Part shown: piece by piece, positions 12,664 through 22,847 of the stretch | How the letters are laid out: each line of letters begins with the position of its first letter | Numbering within the stretch: the stretch's first letter is position 1 | Assembly (NCBI GenBank): GCA_023920165.1 | Contig: CP089279.1 | Coordinates: 2,480,001 to 2,544,000, forward strand | Source: Curvularia clavata | Lineage: Eukaryota | Direction of reading: 5' to 3' | Length of the DNA stretch: 64,000 nt | The notes under the pieces: model-generated | Told to the model about the DNA's origin: nothing | Databases searched by the model: none | What the model saw: only the letters and a program-made list of their open reading frames with translations | Position numbers and translations under genes: made by a program

Positions 12664-14686
12664 AGCGTGTTGTGGAGAGAATCGAGGGGCGTGGTGTGCG
12701 AGGGGTGGTAATTAACAGCAGCAGGTCGGTCGGTCGGTGGGAGAGTCGGTCGTGGCGCGCGCTATCGACGATGTCTCATATATGCATTGTGGGGAGGATA
12801 GGCGTGCGAGTGAGGATGAGGGTGAGGGTGAGGGTGGTTGTTGTTTGTGGGACGGCCCAGCGGCGTGGGTGGTGAGTCGTGGGCGGTGGTGGGAGTGGTG
12901 TCGTCTTTGTGGAGGCAGCAGAGGGGCGTCTCGGCGTCTTTATTGCGGCGACGGGCGGGGTTCCAGGATGGCGAGGGTGAGACGTGAGGAAGAAATGGGA
13001 GGGAAACAAGACACGGGCTCGAAACAGACGACCGTCAGTCCCGTGAGTCGTGGTGGAGCGAGCGGTCGCGCGAGCACGGAGACGGTGTCTGGCACCGCTC
13101 GCTGGCAGCGTACGAGGTGAAACGTTAGTGAGACGGGGCCGTGCGCCTATCAGCAAATCGGATAGGCCCGACCTGGCGCTGCTGCACACGTATGGGGGGC
13201 GTGTCCAGCGCATTGCCTGGTGCTTGCAAACGGCAAATGCGCACCAGCAAGCCAATCTGCCGGGCGCGATGGCGTAGTCGCAGTCGTAGTCGTGGAATGG
13301 TTAGAGAAAGTATACCCGTACGGAAGCTCGACGGGCGCTTGCATGGCCCGCCAGTAGTCGGAAAAAAAAAGGCCGCCCGCGAATGCTCAGAATACGGTGA
13401 GCCGAGCGCAATCTACCACGGACAGCCATGGGCCCGTCTGGGAGCTGATTGCAATGCTGAGCAGCGGCCCAAAATAGCAGCGAGCTGGCCACTCTCCTAT
13501 CCCGTACTGCTCATCTATCCGGGGTGTGGGTGTATGGCGATCCCGTGACCGTGACCGTGGCCGTGCACGTACCTGAAGAGTCCCTGCGCAGCCGCCGCCG
13601 GTACCGTACCGTACAATGTGCTCAACTCGCGTCTCCGCCGTCTTCGAGCCTGGTGCTGACTACATCAACTACATCGACTTGGACATTGTCAGATGAATGC
13701 TGATGCTCATGCTCATGCCCATACTGTGCATGCCGTGGCACGTTTCTTGTCCTGCTTGGATTCATCTCGTCTGCCGTCCGCCCTGAGCCGCCGTCGCCTC
13801 CCGTGTCGCTGGTAAATAATCATCGTCACTGGTAAACAGCGCTTGTTTATGCCGTCTCTTGTTTCTTGTAAGGTGAACGGACATGCATGTCATGCCATAT
13901 CCTGGGCGCGCAAAGACCAGCCACTGGCTCAAGATTGCGGTTGAAACAACGACAGGCAAACAACCGACAGGCACGCCGCGTCACTGACAGCCCGCCCTAC
14001 TACTCGCTCTCCACCCGCTGCATGGGCGCTCCCAAGTGCCGACTACAAAGTCACCAAAGCAGACGCACACTCGCCGCGTCGCCGTGTCCATCTTGTCGGA
14101 GAATCTGTCTCCTGAAAATCCTGCCAATCTTATCAAGCCGCCGTATCGGCTCCAGTTGGCCGTCAAAGCATAGACTGACCTGACAGCCATGACGTTCTGC
14201 CTACCACTATGACGCACGCCACACAACGTCTCCCGCCCGCCCGTCCAGCCCCAAGCCCCAAGCCCCTCATGGCTCTCATGGACGAATATGGCCCCGCGCT
14301 GCCTTTCTGGCCTGATGAAAATTCACCCTGCTTCAGCCTGCGCCTTGCCAGTCTTGTGTCCTTTATGAACCGCTGACGTTGTCCGGGGTACCGCTGCTTT
14401 GCCTTCAACCCAACGCCCAAAACTCCACCCAGCCTTTGCCGTGTTTGCGCCCACTCACTTCCCATCTGCTAACCGCCTCAACGGCTTTTGCCTTGCACTC
14501 CATTTCCATCTCTCCTGTCATCTCCAACAGCACACTAATTTGCGCTTGTGCATGGCAGCATTGCAGTAGCAGTACCACTTGTTCGTGTGGCGCTGCGCAA
14601 ACCACCGTTCTTGAGCCCACCACTCTCGCGCTACCCAACGTCATCCTGCAGCCGCTCTCGAGCATTCGCTCGCCCTCCAAACCACC

Positions 14687-16540
14687 ATGGCCTACCGCGA
14701 CCACGCCGACCTCAACCACGGCTCTTACCCTTCGTCCGCTGACAACCAGCACTACCATCGCGGAAGAAGCCCAGACTATGCCTCAAGAACTAGGTCCCGC
14801 GGGAGCTCCAATCCCCCCGACTACCAGCCTCGCGAGACGAGTCCTCCCTGGGACCGGCGCGCTTATGACACTGGCTCGCAGCCCATGCAGCAGCCACTGA
14901 AGAATGCCATCGGCAATGCTTTTGAAAAGTCGGACGCAGCCCGTATCGTTGATCCGGACCTCATCGCCCAAATCACCGCAGAGGTAAAGAAGTCGGTCTT
15001 GGATGAGATCAAGTCAGGTGTCATGGCTGGTACGACGCAGCCCCAGCCTGTGCCAGTCTCGTCGCAGCAATGGGTCCCGCCTTCCCCTGCCTCGACTTCC
15101 CACTCCATACCCCCTCGCGACGTTTACACGCCTCCATCCCCGAAGCGCACCGACTCTCCGGCTCAGCAATCCCCAGACCGAGGCCCCATGTACCGCGAAC
15201 CGCAGCCGGATACCAGCCACGATACGCCCACCCCACGGGCACATATGGATCGAGAACCCCAGCCTACACGGCCATCTGCTGCACCCAGGTTGGCTACTGA
15301 GGATTACACTCCGATCGAAAAGATGTGGCAGCGGCTGTTCGACCCCGATGACCAACCGTTGCCCCGTCTAGGCCAGCTTCTGAGAGGTCTAGCACTGCAC
15401 TTGGTGAGTGTTATGTTTCCCATGGATATGTGCAGGCTAACATTCAAATAGATTGAAGATTACGAACCAAAGAACAGTTTGGTCATTCCGCCCTCCAAGA
15501 TGCTCAAGTTCTACGAGGAAGTCAAGCTCAAGGATGAAATTTATCCCTGGCAAACAATATTCGGGAAGATATCCTATTCTTCTCTATCCAAGATTTACAG
15601 AGACATGCGATGCCAGCATCATCTCATCCAGCAGCATCCAGCAGAGCAACCATATATTCCTGCCCTGACGCCTGACGGTTTTCAAGAGTGGATGACGGCT
15701 ATGATCCAAGCATACCCAGATACCGAATACGAACGACTGGTCAAAGCCATCCTTGACATGCCCATCAGCAACGCGGACGACAGGAAGGAGCGGTTTCCCA
15801 AGGAGCTCCCCCGTAGAATGTTTCCAACGACCGAAAACCTCCATGCGCAACAAAGGTGTGCCGCTGCTCTTTCTTCCGAAGGAGTTGGACCTCTCCGCAA
15901 GGCGCCGACATTCCCGCCGCCGCCTCCAAAGACTCAAGATGCTCCTTCATCAGGGCCCAAGCTGGAACGGGAACGGAGTCCATATACCTCCAAGCCAGAG
16001 GCCAGACCAATGGATCTTGAAGACGAGTCTAGTTCTACCTCGGTGCCCATTGAGCGAGAGCGCAAACCTTACACAGCAGCTCCCGGTGGCGGCAAGTCAT
16101 ATGACGACATGAGTTCGAGCGCTCACTCTGACAACACAGGGACTGAGAGGCGCAGACGAGCACAATCAAGCGCTGCTCAAGCTCCCTGGACACCACCCCC
16201 GAACGACCCTTACTATCAACCGTCCCACCACTCCCGCACCACCTCGACAACCACCCGACCACGCAGCCCCAGCTTCTCAAACTACGGCACCCAATCCGAT
16301 CCGAATGTACGTGACCCAAACGTCTTCTACGGGCATCACACTGAGGACGACGCCCGCCGCTTCCCCAAGGACTTTGACCCCAAGAAACCAAGTCGCCGTC
16401 GTAGCGGTGTCGCTGGCATGGACCCTTCTTTTGATGCTCCTCCTCCGCCTCCACGCTCCGTCTACGCTGAAGATGACTACCGCTCGCGAAACGGAACCAG
16501 TGGGTATGAGAGTAGGGGCTATGATTCGCGCCGCTATTGA
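14687..16540 (+). CDS. Conserved fungal hypothetical protein (Pro-rich, DUF7514-like core); 2 exons
   Basis: ORFs 14687-15451 and 15479-16540 join through intron 15404-15451. Globular core IEKMWQRLFD..RLGQLLRGLALHLIEDYEP..PALTPDGFQEWM. The domain name is from memory and unverified. Confidence 0.8.
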
Positions 16541-17402
16541 TCTTGTTCTTTTCATTTTTTGAGATGTTTATAACGGCGGGGGTAATATGGCTTTGACGAT
16601 GTTATGATTGATTCAGCGATCGATTGATTGGAGATATACCCAGAGGTTTTCTTCGTTTTTGTGCGCGCGTAAAGATGGTTTTTTTGTTGCACTTCTCTTC
16701 TTTTTTTTTTCTTGTCTAATGGGTGAGGGATGTGAACTGTTGAAGTGCTGAAATGAGAATGAGGATTAAGTTGTAAATCCGAGGTCAGCTCGACGAAGAT
16801 GTTAAGGTTGTGGGGGTGTGCTGGATAAGACTGGTCTTTTATGACATGAATGAAAAAAAGACTGTGTGATAAGCTTCCGCGATATGCTTCCTATGGGGCA
16901 GTGTTGTTCATCCCCTGTCTTTTTCTGCGTGTGGAGGGATATAAGAGATTGCGGTCGGGGAGGTTGGCTGAGTATTTGTAGGAGCGATAGAGTAAGGGTC
17001 TGCATGAGTTAGATAAGTAAAGAGGTAGGGTAGCGAAAAGGGGTACGGAGGAAGTAGGTGAGATTATGTGTTGGTGATAGGTGTAGTAGGAGTGGCAGTG
17101 ATAGTGCTGCTACTGGTGAATGTGATGGAAATGATGTTTTGAACAGTTTTTTAAACATTACAGTCGTCGATGGGAAGTGAGGAATGGAAATAGGTGAAGG
17201 TCTACTTCGTATGGCAAGGTGATGATAGAGTCGGGATAGTATCAACACGGATCAACGTTGACTATGAATGGTACACAAAACTGGTAATCTAACGGGTATG
17301 ATGGCGTCTAAAAATGGTTATAAAGTACGAAAAAAAAAGGTTAGTGAAGCGAGATGCCATTAGGGCATACATGTCTTTCATGACAACAGGACAGAAAGGA
17401 AA

Positions 17403-18024
17403 TTACTCATCTAAACCCAGATTCCGAGTTGAGGGCAGTTCACATAGGCCCATATCCCCGTTCTCGTCCATTGATCCGTCCGTTAGCTCGTTGGGCTCCC
17501 AGCCCATTAATTCATGGCGTTCTTCGTTCATTAATTCAATAGGTTGTCCGTCTGTTGACTCGTGGGCTTGCCCCCCCTTTAATTCTTGCAGTTCAAATCC
17601 CATTAGCTCTTGTCGTTCCTCGTTTTCTTCCATGAGAACCCCGGAATTATGTCCTGCATTGTGGATTTGGTTTTCGATATCACTCTGTTGGGGTGGTGTG
17701 TTGGGGTCTCGGGAACGAGTGAGGACTGTTGCCAAAGAAGTGTTAGAACATTCGAAGATAAGAGGAATATGAGTATGGATAACAAGGAGAGGTTGAAGGA
17801 GAAATTAGGTGTCGTCTCATACATTGAAAAGGTCTGCATAGACATCGTTTTAGCTTGGCCGAGAACAGTCCCAAAACGAAAAGCAGAATTGCAACGAGTA
17901 CGCCGACCAGGGTGAGGATAGCTTCCTTAGACCATGTAGCTGTAGTTTCAAATGTCGTTGGAGTAGCGTTTGGATCAGACATCATGGTAAGGAGGTGGGC
18001 CAGAAAGCAGTACGTTTTTGTCAC
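17403..18024 (-). CDS. Single-pass membrane microprotein, copy 1 of 3 (start codon is GTG; possible pseudogene or truncated form)
   Basis: Exon 1 18024-17823 (..TWSKEAILTLVGVLVAILLFVLGLFSAKLKRCLCRPFQ), intron 17726-17822 (GTATGA..CTAAC..CAG), exon 2 17725-17403 in frame to TAA. GTG sits where copies 2 and 3 have ATG; next ATG is 17985. Confidence 0.65.
17478..17621 (-). repeat. Coding 24-bp (8-aa) degenerate minisatellite, 6 units
   Basis: EERQELMG/FELQELKG/GQAHESTD/GQPIELMN/EERHELMG/WEPNELTD. Confidence 0.7.
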
Positions 18025-18400
18025 GGTGTGACGAAGAGATATTCAAAGACGAGGATAAGTCTGATAGTATTTATCGATGTAGTTGAGATTACCCTCCGTA
18101 TGACGAGGACTGTGATGGGCAAGGGATGGATGAGCGTGGGGAGTGCCATATTATACACAAACTGCAGATTTAGAAATGATACTGCCTGAAGCCGAAGTGT
18201 ACATTGAATTTCTAACTGCGGCCAATGCACCGTTACTCGACGTGATTGGATAGGATCGCCGCCAAGCACCCAAGACAACCCGAGCACTGGTGGGCGAGGA
18301 CTGCATATTCAACAACTGGTTCAAGGACAGTTGCTATAATGCATCTTACGAACGAGCGGGGCGCGAGGGCCATGAATACAGCTGCTAACCGACGCCTATG

Positions 18401-18460
18401 CAGCCAAAGTCTTGGTGCGTGGCCGAGCAGCAGCAAAAGCCTCGGTGCGTGGCCGTATAG
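18401..18460. repeat. 30-bp tandem duplication
   Basis: cagccaaagtcttggtgcgtggccgagcag followed by cagcaaaagcctcggtgcgtggccgtatag. Confidence 0.7.
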
Positions 18461-18960
18461 CAGACCAGGCCGCGTTGCGCGCATGAGGCTGAGCTTCCAA
18501 CGGTGGCAGCCACCATTTCGTGACCACCGCCACGATCCATGCTCACTTTTCGTGGACCATCTGTTCCGTTTTTCTGGACGCTACTTTAATATTACTACTC
18601 CTCATACACACTACAATGCTCGTATCCTTTGCAAGCGGCCTTCTGAACCCTAGATGTACTCTGTCGCACACAGTCAAGCAAGACACAAACCCAAGCCGTT
18701 TCAAGCAACCAGACAGAAAACAGATGCCCAGCCGGTGTCAAAGGAGCATCAGAGCAGAAGACGAGGCCTAGTCGGCGGCGTGTGTCTCACAAGGCAAACG
18801 TGTATTTTGGTGGTTGCAGCCCTGCGCTTGCCCTAATGTGGATGGCTTGGCCTGAGCTTCACCTCTCTGGCTGGCTTGCGGTGGACGAGTAACCATAGTT
18901 GCCTTTGCTGAATGGTGGCAAACATGTGGGAGCGCTTGGCAAACGCTTAGCTACTGTAAG

Positions 18961-19200
18961 CTGCTTGACATAAGGCCTAGCATTCCATATACCTACCAAC
19001 GTTCCTATAAGCGATATTTATATAATACTAAGCTAATGAAAAGATTATTAAAATATATATACTAATAGTATAAAAGTTAGAAAGTCTAGAAACTTAGAGA
19101 CTAGCTAAATCGATATACTCTAATAGGTAAGTCTTGATAGTTATATTAATAAGGTATTTTAGTATATAGTAGGAGAGTTAATAGATTAAGGTTGTTTCCT
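18961..19200. repeat. RIP-mutated duplicate of the segment around 21731-21970
   Basis: Gap-free alignment of 19001-19180 to 21771-21950; differences are dominated by C>T and G>A in this AT-rich copy. Confidence 0.85.
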
Positions 19201-19647
19201 TTTTAGAGATAGATAATTAAGAAAATGACTGCGAATGAAGTTCTTATAGTTAATCTGGGTCTTTTTGTGCGTATGTAGGGGTATAAGAGTGCTGCCAATA
19301 GGGTTGGCAGTGAGGTAGGCAGTGACCTTAGTAGGTGGACCAGTGGGGGTCTGGACAGTTTGGTGGGTGTAAATAGGTTAGTGAGGTCAGGGTATACGTT
19401 GGTGATAGGAAGAGGTGAAGATCGGGTTCAGATGGCAAAGTGGTGAGACTCGGGATAACAAATACCTCGATCAGCCTTGCTCATAAGTATTACACGAGGC
19501 CAGTGTTATAATAGGTACGATATCGTCTAGAAAGGGGTATGAAATACATCTTGTCAGTGAATACATGAGAGAATAGGGTAGTTATACATGTTTTTTCGTG
19601 ACAACAGAATAGAAAGAAAGTTGTTCATCCAAATCCGGGGTCCAACG

Positions 19648-20038
19648 TTACGGTAACTCAAATGGTCCCACATCTCTGTCCGTATCCATCAATTCATGGA
19701 GCTCTTCGTGTTCTGCGCTGGGGAGTTGGTGTCGCGCGTTTGTATCTCGGGGATGGATAAGTACTGTTGGGAAAAGAGTGTCAGTAAGATTAGAAATAAG
19801 AATGAGAATAAGACTAAGGATAGGCAGTCGTCATACGTTGAAATAGTCTGCATAGGCATTGTTTTATCTTGGCTGAGAATAGTCCCATCAAGAAGAGCAG
19901 AACCGCAACAAGTACACCGATCAGTGTGAGAATGGCTTCCCTAGACCAAGAAGTTGTAGTTTCACCTGGCGTTGGTGCAGCGACTACACCAGATATTATG
20001 GTAAAAAGGTAAACCAGAAAGGAATATATTTTCGTCAT
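19648..20038 (-). CDS. Single-pass membrane microprotein, copy 2 of 3
   Basis: ATG 20038 MTKIYSFLVYLFTIISGVVA-APTPGETTTSWSREAILTLIGVLVAVLLFLMGLFSAKIKQCLCRLFQ; intron 19764-19836 (GTATGA..CTGAC..CAG); exon 2 LLIHPRDTNARHQLPSAEHEELHELMDTDRDVGPFELP*. Confidence 0.75.
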
Positions 20039-22206
20039 GGTATAGTTGTCTAGGTAAAGAGGGATCGATTGACTTAAAAAGTATATAAAAACGAGAGCAA
20101 GGCTCACAGGTATATGTTTATTTGTAAAGCTGAGATCGCCATAAAAAGGGGGATGAATGTGAGAATAATATACGAGTGCAGATAGAGCGATACATATATA
20201 TATCAAGATAATCACCATATAAGTTGAGTCGCACTCGGCTGGCTTGCAGATGCCCGCCCCGCATGAAGACACAGCCAAGCAGGTCAGAGCCACGATAGCG
20301 TCTGAGTCGGGCTTGGCTGCGGTGAGAATGACATGCGTCGCCGCAGCTGGCCGTTCACACGCCCGATACGGAAAACTGGTAATCTGGCTGCTGCACCGGT
20401 CGGCGATTGGACACGGTTCTGGCATAGCTAGACGCGGTTGTGGCCAGAGCCAATCATAGCCAGAGCCGGCCGTGGCTCAGCGTTTTTCGCGACCCTGGCC
20501 TCGCCAGCCGAGGAAAACGAGTTGCATGGTGCAGATTACCCTACCCTACATACAAAGTAGTAGAGTTTTCGAAGACAGACTCCTGTAGCGAACCACACCG
20601 GAGCTTCCTTTGGCCACCTATCCGCAACCGGCTAGCCCCTCGCCCGAGGCAGAGTGGCTGCTGGCACCGCCATGCTGTACGAAATACACACAAGTATGTG
20701 AGAAAGTGAAAGACGTTTTACGGCTGAGCCGTCACAAAATCGGTAGTAGAAGTACCACACGCAAAGCTCGACAACGAAGGTACACCCTATGATCAGCCAA
20801 GGACCGATCCGCGGACCAGCCCATATCATCCAAACGAGCATGCCTCTGCGACTTGACACCTATGTGCCATGGCTGCCAGTATGTGCGTGGCCAGGTCTAC
20901 AAGAGAGGCCTTATCCCGCCCTCAAGCATTCATCTCTCTACTCGCATCTCGGTGTCAACACCACGACCAACAGTACCAACTACCATGTAAATCGTTCATG
21001 CGACTACATTCACTGAGTTCCTATAGTACGTAGGGCTTGTTCGTAAGAGCTACCATCTGCGGTTCAGTAGAGTTGAAGAGCGGATGAAGAGGCAGACACA
21101 CGTGTGCCGACATACAAGCGAGATGGTAAATGCTATAAGCGGACCAAGGGTGAAAAGCCGCCAATCATGTCGCTGACTAGTAATCCTGCACCTCGGTGGT
21201 ACATTCGATGATGTGTTTAAGTTGTTGGCTGCCTTGTGTAACGGTCCTACGCATACATCAACGAGCAGCCTTTCGGACATATAGCCGCAGTTAATCGTCC
21301 ACTTGCTTTTGCCTCGCCAGACTGATGACTTGGTTATGCAGGAGCACCCTTCCCTATGAACGCGGAAGCTATTGTGCATAACATCTGCCATCTCGTGTAC
21401 CTCTCTTGATGTACCGCTGGATGCGGATTGCCCTTCCAAAACAAAGACAGCCACCAACTAACACCAAAAAAAGACACACTCTCTAGCTCTTAGAAAACAA
21501 CAGCAGGTACTGATTTTTGTACACATCGACGTGTTTCCATCATCCGTATAGTTTATCGAACAAACTCGTGATGTCACCATCAATGTAGACACAACCAGTG
21601 CGCACTATGTGCTCCTCTGTAGGAGAGGAGAGGAGGAGAGGAAGGCAAGCGGTTTTTCCAAGTTATGCGGGCGATCAAAGTTGGACGGATGTGTCTAGTA
21701 CGTACATAGATTGCTGTGTGAGCGCCTGAACTGTTGAGCACGAGACCTAGCATCTCATATCCGTGCCAGCGTTCCTGTAAGCGATGGGTTTTCAATGCCA
21801 AGCTAGCAACAGGGTGATCAAAACACGTGCACGAGTGGTACAAGGGTTAGAAAGCCCGGGGACTCAGGGACTGGCCAAGGAGATATACCCCGATGGAAAA
21901 ATCTTGGCAGTCGTGTCAGTAAGATATCTGGATGCGTGGTAGAAGGGTTAATAGAATTAGGCTGACTTCCTTTTTGGAGATGCATAAATGAGAAAATGAG
22001 TGTCTAATGAAGTTCTTCTAGCATTTGATTAGGGTCTGATTGTGCGTGCGTATAGGGGTGACGCCGTGAGGATTTGGACGGGTTGTTAGGCGGAAGGTAG
22101 GTAAGTGAGAAGGGGGATAGAGTAAGTAGGTGAGGGAGGTAGTGCTCAGTCGTGATAGTAAGTGCATTGGTTAGCGTTGCTCGTGAGTGGTACATGAGGC
22201 CAGTGA

Positions 22207-22287
22207 TCTAACAGGTATGATGTAGTCTAACAGGTATGATATAGTCTAACAGGTATGATATAGTCTAACAGATATGATGCAGTCTAA
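22207..22287. repeat. 19-bp minisatellite, 4 units plus a partial unit
   Basis: TCTAACAGGTATGATRTAG-like units at 22207, 22226, 22245 and 22264; single copies at paralogous positions ~17288 and ~19507. Confidence 0.85.
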
Positions 22288-22435
22288 ACAATGAGTATAT
22301 AATACAACATCTTGTCAGTGAAAACAAGATTAGAATGGAGCATACGAGCTTTTTGTGACATGAACCGGAGACCTTTGTGACATAAACCAGCGAGAGAATC
22401 GTTGATGAAGATCTGATGTGCTTTTGTTATTCTTA

Positions 22436-22847
22436 CTACAAGCGATGTAGTTCGTTTCGCGTGCGCATCTCAATGAATTCGACAAATCTGCTGTAGTCTT
22501 CGTAAAGGACTCGGAGCTCGTGTCGCGTGTTTGGGGCTTGGTTTTGTCTGTTTCCGCGTAGAAAGTGGATAAGTGCTGTCGGCACGGGAATGTTAGGATG
22601 TCTGAATGTGAATAAGATCAGGAATGAGAACAAGAGTGAGGCGTTATATCGTACATTGGAATGGTTTGCTTAGCCATCGTTTTATCTTAGCCGAGAACAG
22701 TCCCATAGAAATGGCAACGACCACGCCGATCAATGTGAGAATTGCTTCTTTAGACCATTCAGTCGTAGTGTCGGATGGCGCTGGTGCAGCATTTGAGGCG
22801 GATATCATGATAAGGAGGCAGGCTGCAAAGAAGCAAGTGTTTGGCAT
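22436..22847 (-). CDS. Single-pass membrane microprotein, copy 3 of 3
   Basis: ATG 22847 MPNTCFFAACLLIMISASNA-APAPSDTTTEWSKEAILTLIGVVVAISMGLFSAKIKRWLSKPFQ; intron 22576-22654 (GTACGA..CTAAC..CAG); exon 2 SLIHFLRGNRQNQAPNTRHELRVLYEDYSRFVEFIEMRTRNELHRL*. Confidence 0.75.

Noticed and set aside
20039..20425. Long N-terminal extension of microprotein copy 2
   Set aside because: Paralogs begin at the position of ATG 20038 and the signal peptide starts there; the upstream open frame is probably incidental.
22207..22287. CRISPR-like array
   Set aside because: Head-to-tail repeats with no spacers, in a eukaryotic genome.
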